Positions 33,971 through 42,101 of a DNA stretch of 43,624 bases are shown here, one piece after another; within the stretch, counting starts at the first letter, position 1, and each line of letters begins with the position of its first letter. A model generated the notes under the pieces. The model ran no database searches and was not told where the DNA came from. It saw nothing but the letters and a program-made list of their open reading frames with translations. The stretch is from a virus, in the IMG/VR virus record IMGVR_UViG_3300045988_166916. One strand, written 5' to 3'. A program made the position numbers and the translations under genes.

Positions 33971-35506
33971 TTACATGGTTTCGGGGTCGTTGCTTTCCTC
34001 CGGATTCTCCGGGCTGGGGTCGGATTCCTGATTGTCTTCGACCTTGGAGGTGATCCACTTGCCCGTGGCACCTTCGCGCGTCGAGGAGATCGCAGCCTTC
34101 GGGTCGTAGCCGTCCGGTACAATGGCGAACACGGCTTCGCCGAGCAGGAAGCCGACGCCCAGCCAGAACTCGCAGTAGAAGCGCACCTCGTAGTCGTGCT
34201 TCTGGATGTCGGTGATGAACTGTTCGGGGTTCTTGTGTCGCAGGCCGACGAAGTTCTCCTTCGGCGTTGAGAAGACGATGGGCGAGCCGTAGAGGCTGTC
34301 GAGCACCTGGAGGTAGCAGTTCGAGAAATCGACGCGATCCGCGCCGAAGTTCACCTTCTCCGTCCCGGAACCGGCGCCCCACTTGTTCTTGTAGGCCCGC
34401 TTGTACTTGAGGTAGACATCGCCCGACATGAAGACGGGCATCTGCTTCGATTTGTAGAGCGGTGCGAGCGACGCCACGAAGTCGTTGATGACGGTCAGCA
34501 CCTCGTCGTCGGTCGCTTCGAGCAGGTTCTTGGTGGTGTTGAAGAACCTCATCTGCTTGTCGAGCGATTTTTTGGCTTCAACGAGAATCGTTTCGAAGCC
34601 GTCCATCGTATCCTCCGTTTTCTGGGAGTCTGCGACGTATTTTGCTTTCGAGATCATCACGTTCTCGATGTCCTCGGCAATCTGCGGAAGCATCACCTTA
34701 TCGACGATGTAGCGCGTGATCGGCATCTGGTCGGGCGTCTTGCCCTCGTCGTAGAGGTGGAAAAGCCAGCTTTCGCCGACCTCGGCCGGAATAACCGGGA
34801 AGTTGACCTTGTGGCGAAAATTCTTGATCGTGAGCGGAGGGAATTTCGCACCTCCCCGCGGCGTCCATTTCGCCGTGAACTGCTGAACGACGTGGTCTAC
34901 GGATTCACTCTCGACGGCCTTGTACTCCGTCGCAGCTCTTTTCCACGTGAGATACTTCGACGTAGAGAAGCCCTGGTAGAGCTGCTGGAGAATGTCGAGG
35001 TTGTTGCCCTGCGACAGATACGGGCCGAGTTCCTTGCGGAGATCTCCGACCTCGATCGTGGGGGTGTCGGCCATGACGCCCCGCTGGAGGAATGCGGCCG
35101 CGGCTTTGTTGTGGGCCAGGGCCATGTCGGCCTTGAATTGGCCTCGCTGGAAATTCCTGATCCCCTCGATTGCCGTCGTGGCTCCGGGGAGATCTTCGGG
35201 TTTGGCCGCCAGCGTGGCGATGTCGTTCTGGAGCTGCTTGATCTGAGACGTGAACCGGGCTTCGACCTGCTCGGTGGCGTGGTGGAGGGCCGCTTCGTAG
35301 AGGTCGTTGGCCTGTTCGTCCTCGGTCGAGAAGGTTTTCTCCTTGAGTAAGGATACGAAGTTCGGCCCGAAATGCTCGGTCAGTTTCTGCTCCTCCTCTG
35401 CGGTGAGTACCATCTTGCCCTGCGCGTCAGCCGTCGGTTCTTTTTTGAGAAAGCGAACGACCACTTTGCCCATCTGGGTGTTGGAAAGAAATTGTTTGAA
35501 ATCCAT
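33971..35506 (-). CDS. Putative major capsid protein with an N-terminal scaffold-like (delta) region.
   Basis: 511 aa from the ATG at 35506 (MDFKQFLSNTQMGK...). The first ~110 aa are predicted coiled-coil. It lies directly downstream of the S49 prohead protease. Confidence 0.6.
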   Translation of the reverse strand: MDFKQFLSNTQMGKVVVRFLKKEPTADAQGKMVLTAEEEQKLTEHFGPNFVSLLKEKTFSTEDEQANDLYEAALHHATEQVEARFTSQIKQLQNDIATLAAKPEDLPGATTAIEGIRNFQRGQFKADMALAHNKAAAAFLQRGVMADTPTIEVGDLRKELGPYLSQGNNLDILQQLYQGFSTSKYLTWKRAATEYKAVESESVDHVVQQFTAKWTPRGGAKFPPLTIKNFRHKVNFPVIPAEVGESWLFHLYDEGKTPDQMPITRYIVDKVMLPQIAEDIENVMISKAKYVADSQKTEDTMDGFETILVEAKKSLDKQMRFFNTTKNLLEATDDEVLTVINDFVASLAPLYKSKQMPVFMSGDVYLKYKRAYKNKWGAGSGTEKVNFGADRVDFSNCYLQVLDSLYGSPIVFSTPKENFVGLRHKNPEQFITDIQKHDYEVRFYCEFWLGVGFLLGEAVFAIVPDGYDPKAAISSTREGATGKWITSKVEDNQESDPSPENPEESNDPETM

Positions 35507-35517
35507 ATTTTGAAAAA

Positions 35518-36390
35518 TTAGTGGTTGTATTGTGCCCGGATGGCGGCGTTTTCGATGCACTCGTCGAGGGTCATCATTCCGTTGATGAGTCCGAGGTCTT
35601 GAGCCTCGTCCGGGTGGAACATGGCTCCGGAGAATACACCGGGTGCGTCGGTTTTGATATTCGGCCGTCCGGCCTTCACGTCCTGATGAAATTGTGCGAC
35701 GGTATGGGAGAGTCCTTTCTTGATGAGCGCATATTCGCCTTCGAGCGCTTGGCGGTAGCCGAGGTTTTTGTCTGTGCTTTCATCTGCGTAAACCGTGATG
35801 ACGGTATAGCCTTCCTTTTTCAGTTTTTTCGTGTCGTCAACGATGTGATACAATGCACCGATGCTCCCGACCTCGGAAAGCGGATTGTCGCAGAAAATCG
35901 CGTCGCATTGCGAGGCCGTCCAATAAGCCAGAGACGCACAAAAGTCTACATGTGCGATGATCGGCTTGCCGAGTGCCTGCGTTTGGCCGATGGCCTCTTT
36001 GAGTATGGATACCGCATTCGCGGCGCCACCCCCGGAGTCGATGTCGAGGACGATGGCGCAGATCTCCGGATCATCTGCGGCTCGTTTGATTGCACGGGCA
36101 TAGGTTACGGCTCCTATCGTGAAGCAGGAGTCGTATTTGGTGATTGTTCCGACAATCGGAATGACGGCTACCTTCGACGGCTTGGATTCGGAACCCGGAC
36201 CTACTTGATCCGAAAGGTTGACTGCCGAGGCAGAAAATTCGAAGAAGGGGCGGGCCTCTCCGACTCGTTCGCCGTGAAGAAAAGAAAGCGCCACCGGGAG
36301 CAATGATTCGTAGTCGTGTACGAACCATTGCCCGCGGCGGACATCAGAAAGTAGCTGAAGCGGATTCTGGGTTGTTTCTATGCGGAACAT
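35518..36390 (-). CDS. S49-family (SppA/ClpP-fold) prohead protease.
   Basis: VAVIPIVGTITKYDS...AIVLDIDSGGGAANAV...KPIIAHVDFCASLAYWTASQCDAIFCDNPLSEVGSIGA matches the SppA signature. Start set at the ATG at 36390 to avoid overlapping 36410..36778. Confidence 0.85.
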   Translation of the reverse strand: MFRIETTQNPLQLLSDVRRGQWFVHDYESLLPVALSFLHGERVGEARPFFEFSASAVNLSDQVGPGSESKPSKVAVIPIVGTITKYDSCFTIGAVTYARAIKRAADDPEICAIVLDIDSGGGAANAVSILKEAIGQTQALGKPIIAHVDFCASLAYWTASQCDAIFCDNPLSEVGSIGALYHIVDDTKKLKKEGYTVITVYADESTDKNLGYRQALEGEYALIKKGLSHTVAQFHQDVKAGRPNIKTDAPGVFSGAMFHPDEAQDLGLINGMMTLDECIENAAIRAQYNH

Positions 36391-36409
36391 TTGTGAATTT
36401 TTCACAAAC

Positions 36410-36778
36410 TTACTCGCACCCAGGAGCGATAGAAAGGACTTTTTTAATGGGTCGCGGCGGGTTCTTGGTCTTGTATTCGAGAGTAAATTCGCATAGTTCA
36501 CCCTCTTTAACGAGTGGGCGGCATGGCAAATCTTTCGTGCCGAGGATGTAGTAGCCGGTTGTGAGCCGAATTTTTATGATGCAGGGCTGGTGGAGAAGCT
36601 CGACGTTGCTGAGGAGTGTTGCCGTGACCTTGGTAGTCCAGTATGTGCCGTTGTCATCCTCTTTTGGCGTGATTTCGATGCTCCGGGGGCTGACTTTCGA
36701 AAGAGGCAGGTCCCGGAAAAAATTAGAAGGATCGTTCCATGCTTTGGCCCCGATGCGGGCGATAAATTTCTGTTTCAT
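36410..36778 (-). CDS. Hypothetical protein (122 aa).
   Basis: The track start at 36814 is TTG, so I used the ATG at 36778 (MKQKFIARIGAKAW...). Confidence 0.5.
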   Translation of the reverse strand: MKQKFIARIGAKAWNDPSNFFRDLPLSKVSPRSIEITPKEDDNGTYWTTKVTATLLSNVELLHQPCIIKIRLTTGYYILGTKDLPCRPLVKEGELCEFTLEYKTKNPPRPIKKVLSIAPGCE

Positions 36779-36844
36779 TTTTTTGACATTAAAATTGACA
36801 AAATCGCAAGTCAAATTAAATTATTTTATTATATGTGAATGCGG

Positions 36845-37369
36845 TTACTTTTTCGGAGGTTCGGGTGGCTGTATCTGGCTGAAATGATAACGCGCCTTTC
36901 GATGGATAAGGTCGGCTTTGCGACGGATGGCGGCGAGTGATGTTCGGTAGGCTCGTTTGCCCAGCGTCTCGGCATAGTCGGCCGACACGAGATGCCGGGA
37001 GACTACGAATGCTTCGATGATGTCGCGCTTTGGCATGCCGGCCTGGATGCCTTGCAGGTAGTAGGTGTCGAGGTCGATGTTGAATAGTGCGTCGAGAATC
37101 ATGTTGAGCCGTTTGGTGTCGGCCTCCGTGAAAAAGACGTAGCGTGTCAATGCGGCGTAGGTAGTTTGGTGGCGCGGCAGAATGAGGGTTACGGTGAGTT
37201 CATCATCGGGCCTGCCGATGGGCGTGTCGCTGACCTTGTACAATCCGACGGCCATGCGGCCGAAATCGTTGGCGAGGGATAGACGGATTGGTCCGGGCGC
37301 CGGAGCATTGAACAAGTGGCGCAGGTAGTCGATTGTAAGTTGGTCGTTGGCTCTGAATCTTATTTCCAT
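36845..37369 (-). CDS. Hypothetical protein.
   Basis: 174-aa ORF with a verified ATG. Confidence 0.55.
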   Translation of the reverse strand: MEIRFRANDQLTIDYLRHLFNAPAPGPIRLSLANDFGRMAVGLYKVSDTPIGRPDDELTVTLILPRHQTTYAALTRYVFFTEADTKRLNMILDALFNIDLDTYYLQGIQAGMPKRDIIEAFVVSRHLVSADYAETLGKRAYRTSLAAIRRKADLIHRKARYHFSQIQPPEPPKK

Positions 37370-37641
37370 ATTCGAAAGGTTTTGGTATCATGCGTGCGTA
37401 TGTACATAGGGTCGAGTCGCACGAACTTGTTCTCTTTGATTTCGATAACTGTATAGCCATCTCCGTCCTGGAAATATCCGCGGTTAGCGAGGTGTTGGCA
37501 AATGTCAACGAATCGGATGACATCTTTGGCAATGTCGTCGATGCGGGTCCATTGGTAGGGAGGAACGCGCAATAACCTCGGCACGAGTTTCGTCGTATAG
37601 GTTTGGATTTCCTCCGGGGTTATTTCTTCGTATTCTATCAT
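37360..37641 (-). CDS. Hypothetical protein.
   Basis: 93-aa ORF with a verified ATG. It is the first gene after the iteron field. Confidence 0.55.
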   Translation of the reverse strand: MIEYEEITPEEIQTYTTKLVPRLLRVPPYQWTRIDDIAKDVIRFVDICQHLANRGYFQDGDGYTVIEIKENKFVRLDPMYIRTHDTKTFRIWK

Positions 37642-37657
37642 GGTGACATGTTTTTTC

Positions 37658-37840
37658 GACCTACATGACCTACACGACCTACAAAGTTGAAAATCAATAT
37701 TTTGTAAAATGTGCTTTTGTAGGTTTGTAGGTCATAGTCTTAGAATGTAGGTTTGCGTGTTGGTCGTTGTAGGTCGGTTGTAGGTTCGTTGTGTTGCGTT
37801 ATATTGTTGATTTTTAGTGGTGTTGGTCGATGTTGGCCGA
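37658..37840. repeat. Iteron-like repeat field (candidate replication origin or multi-site regulator array).
   Basis: GACCTACA occurs three times in tandem with a 9-bp period (37658, 37667, 37676). An AT-rich spacer of about 34 bp follows. Five inverted copies TGTAGGT(C) lie at 37718, 37726, 37746, 37768 and 37779. A tandem TGTTGG[T/C]CGA pair lies at 37821..37840. Confidence 0.8.
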
Positions 37841-37879
37841 TTTTTCGTAAAAAGTCATATTCGCGCGTTATATTTCAGT

Positions 37880-38269
37880 TTATTTTCTGCGCTTTCGCTT
37901 CGTCTGGCGGTTCATGCGCCGTTGCAACCGGGTCGGCTGATGCTTGGCCCGGGACCTGCGCGGCTTCGGCCGGGGACGTGCCCGGAGTGGTGGATAGTAA
38001 CACGGTATCCCTCGGAGTGCCTGTATCGCATCGTTTAATTCTTGTATGGTGCAAGATGCTGCCCTTATGGTGGTCGATAATGCTGATAAGTTGGCTAATA
38101 CGTTTTTGAGGTTTTGAGAGAGCGGATAGCAACTGGAGGTCGCTGCAACAATGCCTCCGGGTGTAGTGGTGAGTTGATTACAGGGTTGGGATTTTCGCAA
38201 AATCTCTTGATTCCTATCCATTGCGGCCCATAGATGGAGAATGAAGGCGACGAACGTTTTCATTGTCAT
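37880..38269 (-). CDS. Hypothetical protein with a strongly basic C-terminal tail.
   Basis: 129 aa with an ATGA overlap to the upstream gene. The C-terminus is RARPRPKPRRSRAKHQPTRLQRRMNRQTKRKRRK. Confidence 0.5.
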   Translation of the reverse strand: MTMKTFVAFILHLWAAMDRNQEILRKSQPCNQLTTTPGGIVAATSSCYPLSQNLKNVLANLSALSTTIRAASCTIQELNDAIQALRGIPCYYPPLRARPRPKPRRSRAKHQPTRLQRRMNRQTKRKRRK

Positions 38270-38826
38270 TTATTGGTTTGTAGAGTTTCCGTTATTTGTG
38301 CGGTAATGTCGCGTCGTTTGCAGGGGATGCAATCGAGCAGGCTCGGGATTTTGTAGAGCAGGTCCGCGTATTCAAAATAATAGGTCCGTTCGAGTTGGTG
38401 GTTGTAGCGTTCGATCAGCTGACATGCCGCGTAGAGGAGAGAGACAGCCTCCTCGACACCGTGCAGTCCGTGCCCGCTTTTTATGCGGAAATATAGGTCA
38501 TCTACTCGGTCGAGGAAGCCTCTGGCAATTTCGGGCTTGAACCTGGCAAATATCCGGTAAGCCGGTTCTGCTACGGAAAAAATAATCTCTTCGGCCTGCC
38601 GGTGGCGGCGCTTGATTTCGTGGCGAAATTGTCCGGCTTTTTCCAGTTCTTCTTGGAGGTCTCCCATAATGTAGGGTAACGTTTGGATCAGCACGAGCAT
38701 ATCGACTGCCGTGTCTGCCATGTGTCGTTCGACTTCAGTCGGCCGCTTCGGTAGCCGGTGCGGGGTCATGGCTTGGATGGCCATGCGGTGGCGGAGCTGC
38801 GCCGCTTTGATTTGCCGGGACGTCAT
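38266..38826 (-). CDS. Hypothetical protein.
   Basis: 186-aa ORF with ATGA overlaps at both ends. Confidence 0.55.
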   Translation of the reverse strand: MTSRQIKAAQLRHRMAIQAMTPHRLPKRPTEVERHMADTAVDMLVLIQTLPYIMGDLQEELEKAGQFRHEIKRRHRQAEEIIFSVAEPAYRIFARFKPEIARGFLDRVDDLYFRIKSGHGLHGVEEAVSLLYAACQLIERYNHQLERTYYFEYADLLYKIPSLLDCIPCKRRDITAQITETLQTNK

Positions 38827-39047
38827 ATAATCAGGCGTGAAGGGTAGGCGGCTATTTCGGGACTCGGGGATGCCGTTTCCTGTAATTCCCGTTCAAACTC
38901 TTCGATGCGTGCTTCGTCCCGTCTCACGGCTATCCGGGGTATGAAGCAATGGACTCGGATTCCGGAGTCGGTTTTTCCCTCCCAGATACGGGCCGGAATT
39001 CCGTTCAGGGTAACGATTTTGTCGGTGTTTTCGATTGTGATTTTCAT
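38823..39047 (-). CDS. Hypothetical small protein (74 aa).
   Basis: ATG verified. The sequence looks protein-like (MKITIENTDKIVTLNGIPARIWEGK...). Most of it (38893..39047) is overlapped, out of frame, by the tail of the MTase ORF. Confidence 0.5.
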   Translation of the reverse strand: MKITIENTDKIVTLNGIPARIWEGKTDSGIRVHCFIPRIAVRRDEARIEEFERELQETASPSPEIAAYPSRLII

Positions 39048-40752
39048 AGTTGGACTTTTTGTGTTGTTTTTCAGGTGATTTTATTTCGTCGATAGCTGCG
39101 GCTGTTGCCTCACTCCATGCGGTCGCTACCTGGGTGACGACGGCATTGCCGAGGAATTTCTTCTGTTCCTCCTGCGATCCGATAAGCACGTAATCGTCGC
39201 CGAATCCCTGGATGCGTTTCATCTCGGGGATGCGCAGCATTCGCATCGTGACGTCAACGATGCCATAGAGGATGCAGAACTCTTTCACGCGCACCATTTC
39301 GGGAATGTCGTCCGGTTTGATTGTCCAGGCAGGTACTCCCTGCTCGATGGATACCAGATAAGGCGGACGTTTGTCCATCCGTGCGATCAGCGTGAAACAA
39401 GGCGCATCCACAGAGCCGCCGGCGGACCGGTATTGCGGATTCAGCAGGTAGTGGGCGTTCACGATACGCTGCTTGGGGTTCGTCAGCAGCGCGCCGGTTG
39501 GTTCGTTCACTCCGGAGAGTTGCCCGCCGCCGGAATAGTAGTTGGTGATAAATGGCTGCACCAACTGGAATCGGTCTTTTGTTGTCAGCGTAGGGGCCGG
39601 CCGTTCGACGGGTGAGTTGTATCCGTTTCCGTAGTATGCCGATACGAAGGCGTGGTGGTCGATTGTCGTAACGGTTCCGGCCGGGCCGTCAATGGGGATG
39701 TTCTTGCCCGCAGGCTGTCCGCTGAACTGCTTGGACAGGAAATCTACACGGGCTACGCCGAGCCGGTTTTGTGTCGCCACGGTCGGGCATGGAGCGTCGA
39801 GTCCCGGAGCGATGTATTTGCCGGACTGGTTTCGGGAGTTGTATTTGACGAGGAAAGCGTCTTTGCCTCCTGCGACGAATTTCACCAGCCCGGCGTGGAT
39901 GCGGTCGAGTGTCGCTCCGACGAGTTGCCGGCGGCGATCGAAGATTGACTCACCGCGATCCTCGAAGTCGAGGCATTCCCGCACGGGCCGCCACGGCGCG
40001 AGCGGTTCGGTGAAAAGGTCGCGTGTCTGCTCCGGATTTCGGGCGTGCGTCTGCCGCGGCCACGCCATCGGCAAATCCGGCCGCGCGAACTGCCCGAAAT
40101 ATCGTACCCGGGATGTGTAGGCCCCGAAGTCGGCCGCATTGAGCACACGATGTTCGAACCGGTAGCCGTGGGCGCATACCTCCTCCACCCAGCGGCGGTA
40201 GTGTATTCCCTTGTGTTCGGGGTCGGGAACCCACACCGGGGCGACGGTTGTTATCCGTCGCTTGCGGTCGTGTTTGATGTCGAGCGGACAGAAGGCCGCA
40301 CCGTCTGGGCCGACGCTCTCCTTGACGATGAGTGGCCCCCATTCCATGAACTCAACGACATTTTCGATCTGGATATAGTCGGGGCGCAGCTCCTCGATGT
40401 AGCGGAAAAGGTGATCGGCCAGCGTGCGGCTGTCGGCGTCGCGCGACATGCCGCCTTTGGCCCGGGAGTGGTTCGTGCATTCCAGCGAGGCCCAGAGCAC
40501 GAGTTTCGCACCGGGGTGCTTCATGCGTTCTCGGGCGACGTGTACTTTCATCGGTCCGAGGTCGAGTGTGCGAATGTCCTCGGTGAAGTGGCGCGTGTGC
40601 GGGTGGTTGGCCGCATGCGAGAGGATCGCATTGGCATCGTGGTTGACGCATGCGATGACTTTCGCACACTTGCGACCGTCGATCTGTGCCCGCTCAACGC
40701 CCGTCGAGGTTCCGCCGGCACCGCAAAAAAGGTCGATGTAAAGGAGTTGCAT
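38893..40752 (-). CDS. DNA cytosine-5 methyltransferase (long, 619 aa).
   Basis: From the ATG at 40752: LYIDLFCGAGGTS is motif I. SLECTNHSRAKGG is a phage-type variant of motif IV. IQIENVVEF is motif VI. FLGNAVV is motif X. The last ~60 codons (SPEKQHKKSNYENHNRKHRQNRY...) are low-complexity. Confidence 0.85.
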   Translation of the reverse strand: MQLLYIDLFCGAGGTSTGVERAQIDGRKCAKVIACVNHDANAILSHAANHPHTRHFTEDIRTLDLGPMKVHVARERMKHPGAKLVLWASLECTNHSRAKGGMSRDADSRTLADHLFRYIEELRPDYIQIENVVEFMEWGPLIVKESVGPDGAAFCPLDIKHDRKRRITTVAPVWVPDPEHKGIHYRRWVEEVCAHGYRFEHRVLNAADFGAYTSRVRYFGQFARPDLPMAWPRQTHARNPEQTRDLFTEPLAPWRPVRECLDFEDRGESIFDRRRQLVGATLDRIHAGLVKFVAGGKDAFLVKYNSRNQSGKYIAPGLDAPCPTVATQNRLGVARVDFLSKQFSGQPAGKNIPIDGPAGTVTTIDHHAFVSAYYGNGYNSPVERPAPTLTTKDRFQLVQPFITNYYSGGGQLSGVNEPTGALLTNPKQRIVNAHYLLNPQYRSAGGSVDAPCFTLIARMDKRPPYLVSIEQGVPAWTIKPDDIPEMVRVKEFCILYGIVDVTMRMLRIPEMKRIQGFGDDYVLIGSQEEQKKFLGNAVVTQVATAWSEATAAAIDEIKSPEKQHKKSNYENHNRKHRQNRYPERNSGPYLGGKNRLRNPSPLLHTPDSRETGRSTHRRV

Positions 40753-40754
40753 GG

Positions 40755-40910
40755 CTATAATCCTTTCATTGTTTCTTTGAAAAACTTTTCGTCTTCGATA
40801 CAATCCAGACATCGGCCGTCGCCGATCAAAATTTCGTTGCTTTCTTCTCCGCAGGCCCTGCAATGTCCCGAGGTCAGCTCATCGGGTGTATAAATAGTTT
40901 CTGTTGTCAT
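40755..40910 (-). CDS. 51-aa zinc-ribbon protein (CxxC...CxxC).
   Basis: MTTETIYTPDELTSGHCRACGEESNEILIGDGRCLDCIEDEKFFKETMKGL. The ATGA overlaps the ASCH gene stop. Its own stop lies 2 nt before the C5-MTase ATG. Confidence 0.55.
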   Translation of the reverse strand: MTTETIYTPDELTSGHCRACGEESNEILIGDGRCLDCIEDEKFFKETMKGL

Positions 40911-41269
40911 AATCTTTTTCCTAATTTGATGATAAACGTTGTGTGTTCTGGCGCTCCCCACTCGGGCCGGCCTCGGCCGATCGTGATGCCTTTGCATTCG
41001 AATGTCATCCTGCGACGGGTATAACCATAGGAGAAGCAGACGGCGTTGAACTCCTTGAATCGAGGCCCCATTGCCGCTGTACAACCAGCGCATCGGTTCA
41101 CACCTTCTTCGAGACATTGACCGTCGTCGGTCGGCATATTGAACATAGGGAAACAGTCCAATAATCTTGTCATCCAATACGTCACAATCGCCCGGTATTC
41201 CTCGGGTTTCTCTCCACGCTCGATCATTTCGTACCATTCCTTTTTGAGTGGCAGATAGAGTGTTTTCAT
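40907..41269 (-). CDS. ASCH (PUA-like) domain protein.
   Basis: From the ATG at 41269: MKTLYLPLKKEWYEMIERGEKPEEYRAI...VCFSYGYTRRRMTFECKGITIGRGRPEWGAPEHTTFIIKLG fits the ASCH pattern. The ATGA overlaps the radical SAM gene. Confidence 0.55.
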   Translation of the reverse strand: MKTLYLPLKKEWYEMIERGEKPEEYRAIVTYWMTRLLDCFPMFNMPTDDGQCLEEGVNRCAGCTAAMGPRFKEFNAVCFSYGYTRRRMTFECKGITIGRGRPEWGAPEHTTFIIKLGKRL

Positions 41270-42099
41270 TTTCCGAAATATTTTTTGCAGTTGCAGTAGG
41301 TGATTGTCGGGTTGGCCCATTGCCCTTGGAACTGGCGCCATATTTTGTCGAATTTTCCCTCCCGATCTCGGTAGAGCATGGCGAAAGGCATAAATCCTGC
41401 CCGCCATGCCTCGCCCATCCGCTTCTGGGCTTTCTCGAAGGTATCGCCTTTGTAGCCGATCAGCACATAGCAGCGTAGCCGGTTGCCTGCCTTGGTTAAG
41501 CCTGCATCGAGGAGCATTTTTCCCGCGGCTTTAAGCGGTTCGAGGTCGTTGGGTGTATCGTATGCGAAAAAGAGCGAATCGGGGTGTAACTCGTATAGCC
41601 GTTCGGCCATCGCCGGGGTCATAAGCGCGGCCTCCAGTCCGCCGACAAACTGCGGTCGATGAGGTTGCCGTGCCAGCATGGCGAACACTTCGTCGATATG
41701 TTCGGGCGAGCAGGCAAGCAGATTGTCGTCTTGGACGATCCATCCGTCTCGCACGGGTAACTCCCGGAGCTGACCGCCTTCGCGTTTGGGCACGGCGCAG
41801 AACCAGCAGCGGTTCGGACACCCGCGCGAAGTGATGACGTAGCCCTTCTTCATGTACATTCCCGGAACGAACTCCCCGCCGGGCTCGTTGTAGGCAGGAC
41901 CGCCGATCTTCACCGGGGCAACTCGTTCCCATTGTTTGGCGGCCCACTCCGCCCACGGAATGTCCCACGTGAAAGCGACCGATATATGTACCTCGTCGGC
42001 CTCGTCGAACAGCGACGGCACCTCGTGGATGCGTACCAGTTCGTCATCCGGCGTCGCATTGGTCTTGGTCGGGAATACCCGAATGATTTTTGCCTCCAT
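41266..42099 (-). CDS. Radical SAM enzyme.
   Basis: VITSRGCPNRCWFCAV contains the CxxxCxxC [4Fe-4S] motif. 277 aa. Confidence 0.75.
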   Translation of the reverse strand: MEAKIIRVFPTKTNATPDDELVRIHEVPSLFDEADEVHISVAFTWDIPWAEWAAKQWERVAPVKIGGPAYNEPGGEFVPGMYMKKGYVITSRGCPNRCWFCAVPKREGGQLRELPVRDGWIVQDDNLLACSPEHIDEVFAMLARQPHRPQFVGGLEAALMTPAMAERLYELHPDSLFFAYDTPNDLEPLKAAGKMLLDAGLTKAGNRLRCYVLIGYKGDTFEKAQKRMGEAWRAGFMPFAMLYRDREGKFDKIWRQFQGQWANPTITYCNCKKYFGK

Positions 42100-42101
42100 C
42101 G

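Noticed and set aside
37658-37840. Short repeat array considered as a CRISPR array.
   Set aside because: The repeat units are only 7-10 bp, occur in both orientations, and have no regular 25-40-bp spacers. No cas genes are present.
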